Part shown: in pieces, positions 1-9,414 of the stretch
Position numbering within the stretch: position 1 is the stretch's first letter
Layout of the letters: every line of letters begins with the position of its first letter
Source of the DNA: Sulfurimonas sp.
Lineage (GTDB): Bacteria > Campylobacterota > Campylobacteria > Campylobacterales > Sulfurimonadaceae
Assembly: GCF_018698455.1 (NCBI RefSeq)
Contig: NZ_JABIOQ010000006.1
Span: 41,514 to 105,513, forward strand
Direction of reading: 5' to 3'
Length of the DNA: 64,000 nucleotides
Made by a program: the position numbers and the translations under genes
The notes under the pieces: generated by a model
What the model saw: only the letters and a program-made list of their open reading frames with translations
Databases searched by the model: none
What the model was told of the DNA's origin: nothing

Positions 1-470
1 ACAAGTCTAAACTTCTTCTAGTAAACGATGAAAATATAAAAGATGATACTCCCCTTCAAACATTTAAAAATCAAAAAAAGAGAGTTACCTTTATAAAATC
101 AACTCCTTTAAAAAAGTCCATTTCTCTAATCCAAAAACTACTCAATCAAAATGAAGAAAAAATACTTATAATATCTAATGAAAAAAATAGAGAAAAACTT
201 CTTGCAGAGATGAGAACGATGCAAAGAGAGGTAAGTGTACTTCAATCTCACATTAGCCTCATGAATCAAAATTTTACAAATGTATTACTCAGTCATGCTC
301 AAGATATAAATTCTTTATCTCCACATCATATCATTATAATGGATTTATATTCTGCAAGTGTAAATGAGATAGAATATGCATTAAATTTAGCACTTAAAAG
401 TGTAACTGTTATATATGAAAAAAATTCTCAAGAGATTAAAGATTTAAGGAATAAATATGAAAATAACTAA
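1..470 (+). CDS. 3' end of a larger ORF entering from the left edge; function not recognised
   Basis: The frame of the 210..470 track ORF stays open back to nt 3 ([15 protein letters not shown]...), so the gene starts outside the window. Its stop at 468-470 overlaps the next gene by 14 nt. No diagnostic motif seen. Confidence 0.4.
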   Translation, partial: KSKLLLVNDENIKDDTPLQTFKNQKKRVTFIKSTPLKKSISLIQKLLNQNEEKILIISNEKNREKLLAEMRTMQREVSVLQSHISLMNQNFTNVLLSHAQDINSLSPHHIIIMDLYSASVNEIEYALNLALKSVTVIYEKNSQEIKDLRNKYENN

Positions 471-843
471 AACTGATGCCCAGTGGAAAGCACAACTTAG
501 CCCTGAAGCATTTAATGTATGTCGTCAGCATGGGACAGAAGCACCTTTTTCTGGTATGTATAATGATAATAAAGAAGATGGTACTTACCACTGTATCTGC
601 TGTGATGCACCACTATTTGAAGCATCTACTAAGTTTAACTCTGGAACAGGTTGGCCAAGTTACTATGAGTCTATTGAAGACTCTATCACAGAAATCAAAG
701 ATGTTACACATGGAATGATAAGAGTTGAAGTTACCTGTGCCTCATGTGATGCACACCTTGGACATATCTTTCCCGATGGACCAGAACCAACAGGTCTTAG
801 ATACTGCATAAACTCAGTCTGTTTAGACTTTAAGGAAGCATAA
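457..843 (+). CDS. msrB: peptide-methionine (R)-S-oxide reductase MsrB
   Basis: 128 aa with two CxxC pairs (CICCD, CASCD), GWPSYYE and the catalytic RYCINS motif typical of the SelR/MsrB family. Confidence 0.9.
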   Translation: MKITKTDAQWKAQLSPEAFNVCRQHGTEAPFSGMYNDNKEDGTYHCICCDAPLFEASTKFNSGTGWPSYYESIEDSITEIKDVTHGMIRVEVTCASCDAHLGHIFPDGPEPTGLRYCINSVCLDFKEA

Positions 844-1379
844 TGAAAAAACTATATTTTATCTTACTACTAACACTATCTACTACTCTTTTTGCAGCAA
901 ATCCTCATGTAGTTGTAGAAACAACTCAGGGAAATATTGAGCTTGAACTTTATCCTGATGTTGCTCCTTTAGCAGTTGAAAATTTCTTGACACATGTAAA
1001 AAATGGTTACTATAATGGCATTGCTTTTCATAGAATAATAAAAGACTTTATGGTTCAAGGTGGTGACCCTACTGAGAGTGGTCGTGGTGGTGAGAGTATC
1101 TGGGGAAAAGCTTTTAAAGATGAGTTTACAAATCTTGTTTTTGACAAACCTGGAATCTTAGCAATGGCTAATGCTGGAAGAAATACTAATGGCAGTCAAT
1201 TTTTCATCACAACAATTCCTACACCTTGGCTCAATGGTAGACATACAATTTTTGGGAAAATTGCACCCTCTAGTATGTCAATATTAATGAGACTTAACAA
1301 CACACAAACGGGCTATGGTGACAAACCTCTTAAACGCCAAGAAATCATAAAAGCATATATTAAAGATGAAGGTAAGTAG
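843..1379 (+). CDS. secreted cyclophilin-type peptidyl-prolyl cis-trans isomerase
   Basis: Signal peptide [18 protein letters not shown]. Cyclophilin motifs FHRIIKDFMVQGGDP and NTNGSQFFIT. The ATG overlaps the msrB stop (TAATG). Confidence 0.9.
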   Translation: MKKLYFILLLTLSTTLFAANPHVVVETTQGNIELELYPDVAPLAVENFLTHVKNGYYNGIAFHRIIKDFMVQGGDPTESGRGGESIWGKAFKDEFTNLVFDKPGILAMANAGRNTNGSQFFITTIPTPWLNGRHTIFGKIAPSSMSILMRLNNTQTGYGDKPLKRQEIIKAYIKDEGK

Positions 1380-3023
1380 ATGGAAATACAAACTATGAAA
1401 AAACTAGAAAAAGAAGCTTTAAAAAAGAGTAGAACAGACTTTACACGTTTAGGTTTTGCTCTATTTTTTATGATAGGTGTTCTTGCATTTAGTTTTTTAA
1501 GTAATGGTGGTATACCAAATAACATGTTCTTAGCCGTGGCCGCCTTAGTTGGTGCATATATGGCAATGAATATAGGTGCAAACGATGTAGCTAACAATGT
1601 AGGACCTGCTGTTGGTTCCAAAGCAATGACAATGACAATGGCTATTGTTATCGCTGTTATTTTTGAAGCGTCTGGTGCACTCATCGCTGGTGGCGAAGTT
1701 GTGAAAACTATTAAAAAAGGTATTATTGATATCTCTGCATTTGGTGGAAATGCTGATCCTTTTATCTGGGCAATGATGGCAGCTCTTCTTGCGGCTGCTC
1801 TATGGCTTAACTTTGCAACTATGATGCGAGCTCCGGTTTCTACGACACACTCAATTGTTGGTGGTGTTATGGGTGCAGGTATTGCTGCAGCCGGTTTTAG
1901 TATAGTTTCATGGACAACTATGGCAAAGATTGCAGCTTCATGGGTTATTTCACCTGTTCTTGGTGGACTAATTGCAGCTGCTTTTCTTTACTCTATCAAA
2001 AAATCTATAGTTTTTAAAGAAGACAAGGTCAAGGCTGCAAAAACATATGTTCCTATTTTTGTTTCTATTATGGCATTAGCCTTTGTAACATACTTAACAC
2101 TTAAGGGTCTCAAAAAGATATGGCCAGAGATTGTTGAAATGTTAAACTTCATTCCTTTTATATCTTTAGAGATGACTAAAAAACCATCTTTACTTACAGC
2201 TCTTACTTTAGGCTTTGTCGTAGCTCTTGCTGTTTATTTTATAGTAAGAAATAGACTCAACTCAGATAAAAAAGAACTGGCGAATTCAAGAGAATCAGTA
2301 AACACACTCTTTACTATTCCCCTTATTTTTGCAGCAGCACTTCTTAGTTTTGCTCATGGTGCAAATGATGTTGCAAATGCTATTGGTCCATTAGCGGCTA
2401 TTAACGATGCTGTTGTAAATGGTGGTATTTCATCTAAAGCAAGTATTCCTTTATGGGTAATGGGTGTCGGAGCTATCGGTATTGCTATTGGTCTTGCACT
2501 TTATGGTCCAGCACTTATACGAACAGTTGGTAGTGAGATTACTGAGCTTAACCAAATAAGAGCCTTTTCCATTGCAATGGCGGCTTCTATCACTGTTATT
2601 ATCGCTTCTCAGCTTGGACTTCCAGTAAGTTCTACACATATTGCCATCGGTGGCGTTTTTGGTGTTGGTTTTTTAAGAGAGTACCTACATTTAAATGACA
2701 CAACAACGATAGAGGAAGATAAAGAAACAATCAAAGATGAGAAATCAACACTCAATGCATACAAGGCTGAGCTTAAGAAACTAGAAGCAAAAAGTGATAA
2801 AGATGCAGTAGAGTATGAGAGAGTTGTACAGCTGTATAAATTTATTTCTGATGAAGAAAAACTCATAAGAACAACAAAGAAACATATTAAACAAACTAAA
2901 AAAGTTGAGTATGTTAAACGCGATGCTGTAAAGAAAATAATTGCAGCTTGGATTATAACTGTTCCTGCCGCAGCCACATTATCAGCTATACTCTTTTACA
3001 TGATTAGAGGAATAATGGTTTAA
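1380..3023 (+). CDS. inorganic phosphate transporter, PiT (PHO4) family
   Basis: Polytopic membrane protein with the duplicated PiT signature GANDVANNVGP / GANDVANAIGP and a large hydrophilic central loop. It starts directly after the PPIase stop. Confidence 0.9.
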   Translation: MEIQTMKKLEKEALKKSRTDFTRLGFALFFMIGVLAFSFLSNGGIPNNMFLAVAALVGAYMAMNIGANDVANNVGPAVGSKAMTMTMAIVIAVIFEASGALIAGGEVVKTIKKGIIDISAFGGNADPFIWAMMAALLAAALWLNFATMMRAPVSTTHSIVGGVMGAGIAAAGFSIVSWTTMAKIAASWVISPVLGGLIAAAFLYSIKKSIVFKEDKVKAAKTYVPIFVSIMALAFVTYLTLKGLKKIWPEIVEMLNFIPFISLEMTKKPSLLTALTLGFVVALAVYFIVRNRLNSDKKELANSRESVNTLFTIPLIFAAALLSFAHGANDVANAIGPLAAINDAVVNGGISSKASIPLWVMGVGAIGIAIGLALYGPALIRTVGSEITELNQIRAFSIAMAASITVIIASQLGLPVSSTHIAIGGVFGVGFLREYLHLNDTTTIEEDKETIKDEKSTLNAYKAELKKLEAKSDKDAVEYERVVQLYKFISDEEKLIRTTKKHIKQTKKVEYVKRDAVKKIIAAWIITVPAAATLSAILFYMIRGIMV

Positions 3024-3034
3024 TTCTAAACCAT
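3015..3034. terminator. hairpin shared by the convergent PiT and folP gene ends
   Basis: AATGGTTTA-attc-TAAACCAT: 8-bp perfect stem with a 4-nt loop that contains both stop codons (TAA 3021-3023 on plus; CTA 3026-3028, i.e. TAG on minus). No flanking T-run. Confidence 0.4.
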
Positions 3035-4168
3035 GTCCAAAGCATTTTGAACTTTAAGTGCTTGAACATGTTCTTTCACATCATGAACTCTCACTATAGA
3101 AGCTCCATTCCTAAGAGCTTCTAAGTGAATAGCTAATGTCCCACTCAATCTATCTTCTACCTCAGCTTCAATAATACTGTTTATCATTGACTTTCTTGAT
3201 GCACCTATAAGTATAGGTTTTCCTAGAGTAGTAAAATGTTCTAAGTTTTTAATCAAGCTAAGATTATCTTCTAGTCTTTTTCCAAATCCTATCCCAACAT
3301 CTACAACGATACCGTCTATACCAAAGCTTTGTGCTTTCTTTATTCGCTCTTGTAAGAAGGTATAGACTTCACTTAGTACATCTTTATAAAATGGGTTATC
3401 TTGCATGCTCTGAGGTCCTCCTTGCATATGCATAATAATAACAGTTGCTTTATGCTTTGCACATAACTCACACACTTCATCATTTTGCAATCCAGTGATA
3501 TCATTTACAATAGAGAAACCTGAACTAAGTGCATATTCTATAACACTCGGTTCATAACTGTCTATACTAAATTTCACTTTATCATAAAGCTTTTTCACTT
3601 TGATAAGATCAATAATAGGCTTGACTCTTTGAAGTTCTTGCCTTGCACTCACACTATCAGCATTTGGACGGGATGAAACACCACCTATATCTATAATGGT
3701 AGCACCCTCTTCTATCATTCTCTCAATTTTATGCAGAGCATCATTATTTACAAAACGACTTCCACTAAAGAAACTATCATCATTTGCATTTATAATTCCC
3801 ATAACATCTATCTTACTTGGTTTTAAGTCCTTAACAAACTCTCCAAGCTTATGAGCTAACTCTTTTAAACCAAAAGGCTGTGCTAACTCTTTTCTTGCTA
3901 AAGTTTTGAGCTGAGATGTTGTTGCTATAAGAAGAGTATCTACAAAAGGAGTTTTAGCTAAGACTGTACCACGAGGAACAGCTAAGTCCGCACCGATGGA
4001 GAGAGCATCTTGTTTAAGAATATTTGCCCCACCAACATTGAGATTTTTGATACGGATTATATGTACCTTCGCTTTTGAAGCTAAAATACTCACTCCACCA
4101 CCATCTACATTTAATTCTTTGAGATATCTTTTTATATCTATACTTGAAGATAGTTTTTCTACAATCAT
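3026..4168 (-). CDS. folP: dihydropteroate synthase with an N-terminal extension of about 110 aa
   Basis: DHPS motifs DIGGVSSRP, VNDITG, GIGFGK and ASRKS in the C-terminal ~270 aa. The 380-aa length matches the extended FolP of Helicobacter/Campylobacter. Confidence 0.9.
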   Translation of the reverse strand: MIVEKLSSSIDIKRYLKELNVDGGGVSILASKAKVHIIRIKNLNVGGANILKQDALSIGADLAVPRGTVLAKTPFVDTLLIATTSQLKTLARKELAQPFGLKELAHKLGEFVKDLKPSKIDVMGIINANDDSFFSGSRFVNNDALHKIERMIEEGATIIDIGGVSSRPNADSVSARQELQRVKPIIDLIKVKKLYDKVKFSIDSYEPSVIEYALSSGFSIVNDITGLQNDEVCELCAKHKATVIIMHMQGGPQSMQDNPFYKDVLSEVYTFLQERIKKAQSFGIDGIVVDVGIGFGKRLEDNLSLIKNLEHFTTLGKPILIGASRKSMINSIIEAEVEDRLSGTLAIHLEALRNGASIVRVHDVKEHVQALKVQNALDMV

Positions 4169-4791
4169 TATCTATCCTGCGCGAAGCTCATAAGAAGCAT
4201 TGCTAAAACACTTTGAGGTCTTGAGTTTAGAGTAAGGAGTCTATAGGCTTTATCAAAATTGTCAAGCTGAAGAGGAGAAAGAATAAGCATATCTGTGACT
4301 GTTGCTCTGTGAAAGATAGACTCCACTAAAGATTTTGCATCCTCTTTTTTTACTCTTGCGTTATCTTTTAAAAAGGTAAATACCTCTTTATAGTCTAGTC
4401 TCGTAAGATTAATATCCAAAGACTCAACCTTATGTGAGTTTTCTTGTTTTAAAATAGGTAAACGCGAACGTACAGTTGCTAAAAGGTTTGATTTAGTTGG
4501 ACTGATAATAATAAATTCTATATTTTCAGGAGGCTCTTCTAGTAGTTTTAAAAGAGAATTTTGTGCAATATCTGTAATGTCCTTAGACCCAATTACAATG
4601 TACTTAGTCTGAGACTCACTTATATATGCTTCTGCGAGAACTGCTTTGGCATGTTCAATTTTAAAGCTCTCATCTATAAGTAAAAATTTTACTACTCTGC
4701 TTGGCTTCAGCTCAGTCTCTAAACGCTCAAATTCAGCTTCTATCTCGTCTGAGATAATTATATGGCTTCTTATCTGACTAAGAGCTTGCAT
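4168..4791 (-). CDS. holB: DNA polymerase III delta-prime subunit
   Basis: 207 aa with the clamp-loader motif LLKLLEEPPENIEFIIIS. Overlaps folP by 1 nt and the upstream gene by 14 nt. Position between hobA and folP as in Helicobacter. Confidence 0.75.
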   Translation of the reverse strand: MQALSQIRSHIIISDEIEAEFERLETELKPSRVVKFLLIDESFKIEHAKAVLAEAYISESQTKYIVIGSKDITDIAQNSLLKLLEEPPENIEFIIISPTKSNLLATVRSRLPILKQENSHKVESLDINLTRLDYKEVFTFLKDNARVKKEDAKSLVESIFHRATVTDMLILSPLQLDNFDKAYRLLTLNSRPQSVLAMLLMSFAQDR

Positions 4792-5341
4792 CTACTTCTC
4801 CGAACATACAAGCATTAAGAGAACTATTAAAGAGTCTATAAAGTTGTAAAAGCTTAATATCCAAGATTGGGTCATATGATTTAAGAGTAAAAGCATTGTT
4901 AAACTCTTCGTCAAACATCCAAAAGTAACTATCGCCTTTTCTCTTTGCAATATCTGCACGTTTATCATTTCCCTTGCCAATGTACCAAAAGAAAAAGTCT
5001 TCTTTGTATGAAAGTGAGATTATATCATCCACGGTATCTATCATCTCTCCGCCACTTACATTGTCATAATGTGGATAAATATGGTCAATGCTAATAATAG
5101 GAATAAGAGGTCTCTCAATTGTGCTAGCATTTAATGAGGTAATTATATAGTTTTCAAGCCATTTTCTTTTCTCATCTGTAATGAGAATAATAGTCCGACC
5201 TTGAAGAACTTGTTCAAGTGCAAGAGCAGTAGTTTTTGCCCACTCAAACCTATACTCTTCCAACCAAGAAAGACTTGCACCCTCATCACGTATAGCATCT
5301 AAACTCCAATGTGCAAAATTAGATGTCTGAGTTGTTGGCAT
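4778..5341 (-). CDS. hobA: HobA-like DnaA-binding replication initiation protein
   Basis: 187 aa. The C-terminal LDIKLLQLYRLF resembles the H. pylori HobA C-terminus as I recall it. Conserved position between lysC and holB. Confidence 0.6.
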   Translation of the reverse strand: MPTTQTSNFAHWSLDAIRDEGASLSWLEEYRFEWAKTTALALEQVLQGRTIILITDEKRKWLENYIITSLNASTIERPLIPIISIDHIYPHYDNVSGGEMIDTVDDIISLSYKEDFFFWYIGKGNDKRADIAKRKGDSYFWMFDEEFNNAFTLKSYDPILDIKLLQLYRLFNSSLNACMFGEVDASS

Positions 5342-5347
5342 AAGGTT

Positions 5348-6559
5348 CTACTTCTCTAGCTCATAAGCTTCATGAAGTCCACGAACAGCGAGTTCTGCAT
5401 ACTTCTCATCTATAACCATAGAAACTTTAATCTCAGATGTAGAAATCATGTTTATATTGATGTTATTTTCTGCCATTGTTGAAAATGCTTTTGCTGCAAC
5501 ACCGGCATGACTTCTCATACCAACACCAACAACAGAAACTTTACAAATGTCTTCGTTATAAGAGTCAGCTTCGATTTCTCCACTTTTAACAAATGAATCT
5601 ACAACAGATTTTGCATCATGAAGATCACTTACAGGAACAGTAAAGTCGATGTTAGTAGTTCCATCATGTGCCTTATTTTGGATAATCATATCAACATTTA
5701 CCTCAGCGGTTGCTAATTTATTAAAAATATCAGAAGCAATTCCAGGTCTGTCTTTAACACCCATTAATGAGATACGTGCTTGATTTCTATCTAATGCTAT
5801 TCCGCTTACTAATGGTGCTTCCATGATATTTTCTTCCTTGGTAATTAATGTGCCTTCTTCGTGAGAAAAGCTTGTTCTTGTTACTAAATTTACATTTAAC
5901 TTTTTTGCCATCTCTACAGAACGATTTTGAAGTACTTTAGCCCCTAATGAAGCAAGTTCTAACATTTCATCATAAGAAATTTTATCTAGTTTTTTAGCCT
6001 TTGGTTCAATACGTGGATCTGTAGTGTAAATACCACTTACGTCTGTATATATTTCACATAAGTCTGCTTTGAGTGCCCCAGCAACTGCAACAGCGGAGAG
6101 ATCACTTCCTCCACGACCGAGAGTTGTTACATCCCCTTTTTCATTAACACCTTGAAAACCAGCTACTACAACTATCTTTCCCTCTTTAAGAGCGCTGTGC
6201 ATATTTACAGGGTTTATCTCTTCTATACGAGCTTTTGTATGGTTCATGTCTGTTACTATTCCTGCTTTTCTTCCAGTCATTGCAGTAGCACTATGTCCCA
6301 TCTCTTGAAGTGAAATAGCAAGAAGAGAAGCTGTTACACGTTCACCCGCACTTAAAAGCATATCCATTTCAGGTTGTGCTGGATTTTTAGAAAAACTTTC
6401 TGCATATCCAACAAGTTTGTTTGTCTCTCCACTCATTGCTGAAACAACAACTACGACATCATTACCAGCTTTTTTCGATTCACTTACACGATTTGCCACA
6501 TTTTGGATTCGTTCTAAATCCCCAACACTTGTTCCACCGAATTTTTGCACTATTAACAT
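5348..6559 (-). CDS. lysC: aspartate kinase
   Basis: MLIVQKFGGTSVGD N-terminus, VVVVSAMSGETN and GRGGSD motifs, and C-terminal tandem ACT-like region. 403 aa. Confidence 0.95.
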   Translation of the reverse strand: MLIVQKFGGTSVGDLERIQNVANRVSESKKAGNDVVVVVSAMSGETNKLVGYAESFSKNPAQPEMDMLLSAGERVTASLLAISLQEMGHSATAMTGRKAGIVTDMNHTKARIEEINPVNMHSALKEGKIVVVAGFQGVNEKGDVTTLGRGGSDLSAVAVAGALKADLCEIYTDVSGIYTTDPRIEPKAKKLDKISYDEMLELASLGAKVLQNRSVEMAKKLNVNLVTRTSFSHEEGTLITKEENIMEAPLVSGIALDRNQARISLMGVKDRPGIASDIFNKLATAEVNVDMIIQNKAHDGTTNIDFTVPVSDLHDAKSVVDSFVKSGEIEADSYNEDICKVSVVGVGMRSHAGVAAKAFSTMAENNININMISTSEIKVSMVIDEKYAELAVRGLHEAYELEK

Positions 6560-7030
6560 CTACAATAATCCTTCTTCTTTAAAATACTTTATCACTTTTT
6601 CATACACAGGTTTTTTAAAATGAGCTGTTACATTTAATGCATCTTCTACACTTACAAATTTATGTGAGATAAACTCAGGGTGCTCTGTATCTAAGTTAAT
6701 CTTCGCGTTTTCACTAAGTTTTACTAAAAAATAGCGTTGTATTTGCCCTTTAAAAGGCTTCATTCTCTCTGCTACTTTCGCGGGAAAGTCATAAGAGATC
6801 CATTCTGGGTACTGAGCGACTATACTTGCATCAGCAGTTCCAATTTCCTCTTCCATTTCACGAAAAAGTGCTTCTTCTACTTCTTCACCCTTATCAATCC
6901 CACCTTGAGGAAACTGCCACATATCGGCTAAGTCATTTCTCTGGGCAATAAAAATTTCTTTTTTCTCTGGGTAGTGATGTGAAACAATAATCATCGCCAC
7001 ATTTGGACGATAGGAATCTTTTTTATTCAT
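6560..7030 (-). CDS. rppH: RNA pyrophosphohydrolase (Nudix)
   Basis: Nudix box GGIDKGEEVEEALFREMEEEIG. 156 aa. Abuts the lysC start. Confidence 0.8.
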   Translation of the reverse strand: MNKKDSYRPNVAMIIVSHHYPEKKEIFIAQRNDLADMWQFPQGGIDKGEEVEEALFREMEEEIGTADASIVAQYPEWISYDFPAKVAERMKPFKGQIQRYFLVKLSENAKINLDTEHPEFISHKFVSVEDALNVTAHFKKPVYEKVIKYFKEEGLL

Positions 7031-7118
7031 TCATTAAACCTGTCTATTAATTATCGCGATTATACAAAAATAGTGATTAAAGTAATATAATTTAAAAATA
7101 TATAGCTATACTTCGGCC

Positions 7119-8174
7119 ATGCTATTATATATTCATATCCCTTTTTGTGACTCAAAATGTTCTTACTGTGCATTTAACTCTTATGTAGACAAGTTCCATC
7201 TCAAACGCGATTACATGGTTGCACTTAAATGCCAACTAGAATACGAACTTAAACGTTTTAAAACTAAAGAAAATTCAATTGAAACAGTTTTTATAGGTGG
7301 AGGAACACCTTCTACCGTTTCACCCGAACTTTACGAACCTATTTTCCAACTTTTACAGCCATATCTTAAAAAAGATATTGAAATAACAAGTGAAGCGAAC
7401 CCAAATAGTGCCACTTACGCATGGCTAGAGGGAATGCATAAACTTGGTGTAAATCGAATCAGTTTTGGAGTGCAAAGTTTTAATGCTGATAAACTAAAAG
7501 TACTTAACCGTGCCCATACTCCAGAGATGGCAAAAGAAGCTCTTTTAAATGCTCAAAAAGTCGGCTTTAAAAATCTTTCACTTGACCTTATATATGCGAC
7601 ACTTGGAGACACGAAAGAACTTATCCAAAATGACATTGAGACTGCATTTACTCTCCCTATTAACCACCTTAGTGCTTATGCTCTTACTATTGAAGAAGGA
7701 ACTGCATTTCAAAACAAACCACATATGAGTTCAGAACACCTAGAACTTACTGAGTGGATTTTTGAGGCCATTGAGAAAAAAGGACTTCCTCAATACGAAA
7801 TAAGCAACTTTGGAAAATACCAATCTTCTCATAACAAAGGATACTGGTTATACAAAGATTATATTGGGGCTGGGGCTGGAGCTGTTGGAAAACTAACAAA
7901 TCAGCGTTTTTATCCAAACCCCATTATTGAAGAGTATATAAAAAATCCTACCGTTATGGAGACTGAAGAGTTAAGCGATGAAGACATTCATGTTGAAAAA
8001 TTACTATTAGGTCTGCGTTCAGTCATAGGGGTAAATGAATCACTACTTCGCAAAGAAGAATTAGAACGTGCACAATTACTTTTAGATGAAAAAAAACTTG
8101 AGTTTAAAAATAATATATTTTACAATAACGACTATCTCTTAGCAGATGAAATTGTTCTCTTTTTAACCTCATAA
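7119..8174 (+). CDS. hemW: radical SAM heme chaperone HemW (HemN-like, oxygen-independent coproporphyrinogen oxidase family)
   Basis: N-terminal CDSKCSYCAF (CxxxCxxC) cluster motif, FIGGGTPS, and ~350-aa length typical of HemW rather than HemN. Confidence 0.8.
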   Translation: MLLYIHIPFCDSKCSYCAFNSYVDKFHLKRDYMVALKCQLEYELKRFKTKENSIETVFIGGGTPSTVSPELYEPIFQLLQPYLKKDIEITSEANPNSATYAWLEGMHKLGVNRISFGVQSFNADKLKVLNRAHTPEMAKEALLNAQKVGFKNLSLDLIYATLGDTKELIQNDIETAFTLPINHLSAYALTIEEGTAFQNKPHMSSEHLELTEWIFEAIEKKGLPQYEISNFGKYQSSHNKGYWLYKDYIGAGAGAVGKLTNQRFYPNPIIEEYIKNPTVMETEELSDEDIHVEKLLLGLRSVIGVNESLLRKEELERAQLLLDEKKLEFKNNIFYNNDYLLADEIVLFLTS

Positions 8175-8225
8175 AAGTATTGTTTAGCTAAAATCACATT
8201 TATTAAATAATTATGAGGGTTTACT

Positions 8226-8633
8226 ATGTTTGGTATGGGATTTACTGAGATACTTATCATCGCTGTTATCGCCATACTATTTCTCGGTCCAGATAAACTT
8301 CCGGGAACCCTAGTTGATATAGCAAAATTTTTCAAAAATGTTAAAAGTACAGTAGGATCGGTCAAAGACTCTCTTGAACAAGAGATGAATGTCAGTGACA
8401 TCAAACAAGAAGCTTTAGCATACAAAGCCAAACTAGAAAAAGCTGCTTCAGGTCTAGATGATTTCAAAGATATCAAAGGAACTGTTAGTAAAGAAATTAC
8501 AAGTATGGCACAGAGTGTAACAAATAATGAATTACCCACAGATACAGTTAAAAAAGCTGATACTACACCTCAAGAAGTAACCTTCAAGAAGAAAAAGAAG
8601 AATATAGAACAAGAAGAGATAACTGATGTTTGA
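8226..8633 (+). CDS. tatB: twin-arginine translocase subunit TatB
   Basis: MFGMGFTEILIIAVIAILFLGPDKLP TatA/B-type N-terminus with a long charged tail. 135 aa. Overlaps the tatC start. Confidence 0.8.
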   Translation: MFGMGFTEILIIAVIAILFLGPDKLPGTLVDIAKFFKNVKSTVGSVKDSLEQEMNVSDIKQEALAYKAKLEKAASGLDDFKDIKGTVSKEITSMAQSVTNNELPTDTVKKADTTPQEVTFKKKKKNIEQEEITDV

Positions 8634-9414
8634 TGAACTAAAACCACACCTTGTAGAGTTAAGAAAAAGACTTGGGATTTCTGTTTTAAGTCTTATAGTT
8701 ATGTTCTTTGCTATGTTTTACTTTCATGAAATCATTCTTAACTGGATGGTAGAACCTCTAAATGTAGCACTTATAGAAGTTGGTAAAAAGTCCCTTCATG
8801 CAGCAGAGGGAATGGTAACAACTTCCCAAGTAGGTGGTGCATTTTTTGTCGCACTCAAAGTTTCGTTCTTTGCGGCTATCATTGCCTCACTTCCTATCGT
8901 TCTTTCACAAATCTGGCTTTTCATCGCGCCAGGTCTATATGCTAGTGAAAAGAAGATGATTATTCCCTTTGTTATAGGAGGAACACTGATGTTCCTCTTA
9001 GGTGTTTTATTTGCATACTATATTGTGACACCTTTTGGTTTTGACTTTCTTATTACTTTTGGTAGCTTTAAATTTACCCCACTTATAAACATTGAAGATT
9101 ATGTGGGCTTTTTCACAAAGATTCTTTTTGGTTTTGGTGTCGCGTTTGAGCTTCCAGTATTTGCCTACTTTCTCGCTCTGTTAGGTCTTGTAAACGATAA
9201 ACAGATGAGTGACTTTTTTAAATATGCCGTTGTTATAATCTTCATAGTTGCAGCACTCTTAACACCGCCAGATGTTCTTACTCAACTTCTTATGGCCGGT
9301 CCACTTATCATACTTTATGGATTTTCTATTCTTATAGTAAAGGCTGTTAACCCTTACAAAGAAGAAGAGGATGATGAAGATGAGTTAGATGAAGAAGAGC
9401 AGCAGACTTCTTAA
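8626..9414 (+). CDS. tatC: twin-arginine translocase subunit TatC
   Basis: Six-TM protein of 262 aa immediately after tatB. TatC-like N-terminus (LVELRKRL...) and an acidic C-terminal tail. Confidence 0.9.
   Translation: MFDELKPHLVELRKRLGISVLSLIVMFFAMFYFHEIILNWMVEPLNVALIEVGKKSLHAAEGMVTTSQVGGAFFVALKVSFFAAIIASLPIVLSQIWLFIAPGLYASEKKMIIPFVIGGTLMFLLGVLFAYYIVTPFGFDFLITFGSFKFTPLINIEDYVGFFTKILFGFGVAFELPVFAYFLALLGLVNDKQMSDFFKYAVVIIFIVAALLTPPDVLTQLLMAGPLIILYGFSILIVKAVNPYKEEEDDEDELDEEEQQTS

Noticed and set aside
1313-1684. 123-aa minus-strand ORF, and similar antisense ORFs at 2451-2639, 2609-2977, 8132-8539, 32215-32688, 44600-44935, 48762-49082 and 52633-53094
   Set aside because: Each lies entirely or almost entirely (at least about three-quarters) antisense to a gene with strong family motifs (PPIase/PiT, hemW/tatB, serS, lipoprotein, ycaO, selD). 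Their translations are low-complexity or Ser/Leu/Pro-rich shadows with no motifs or RBS.
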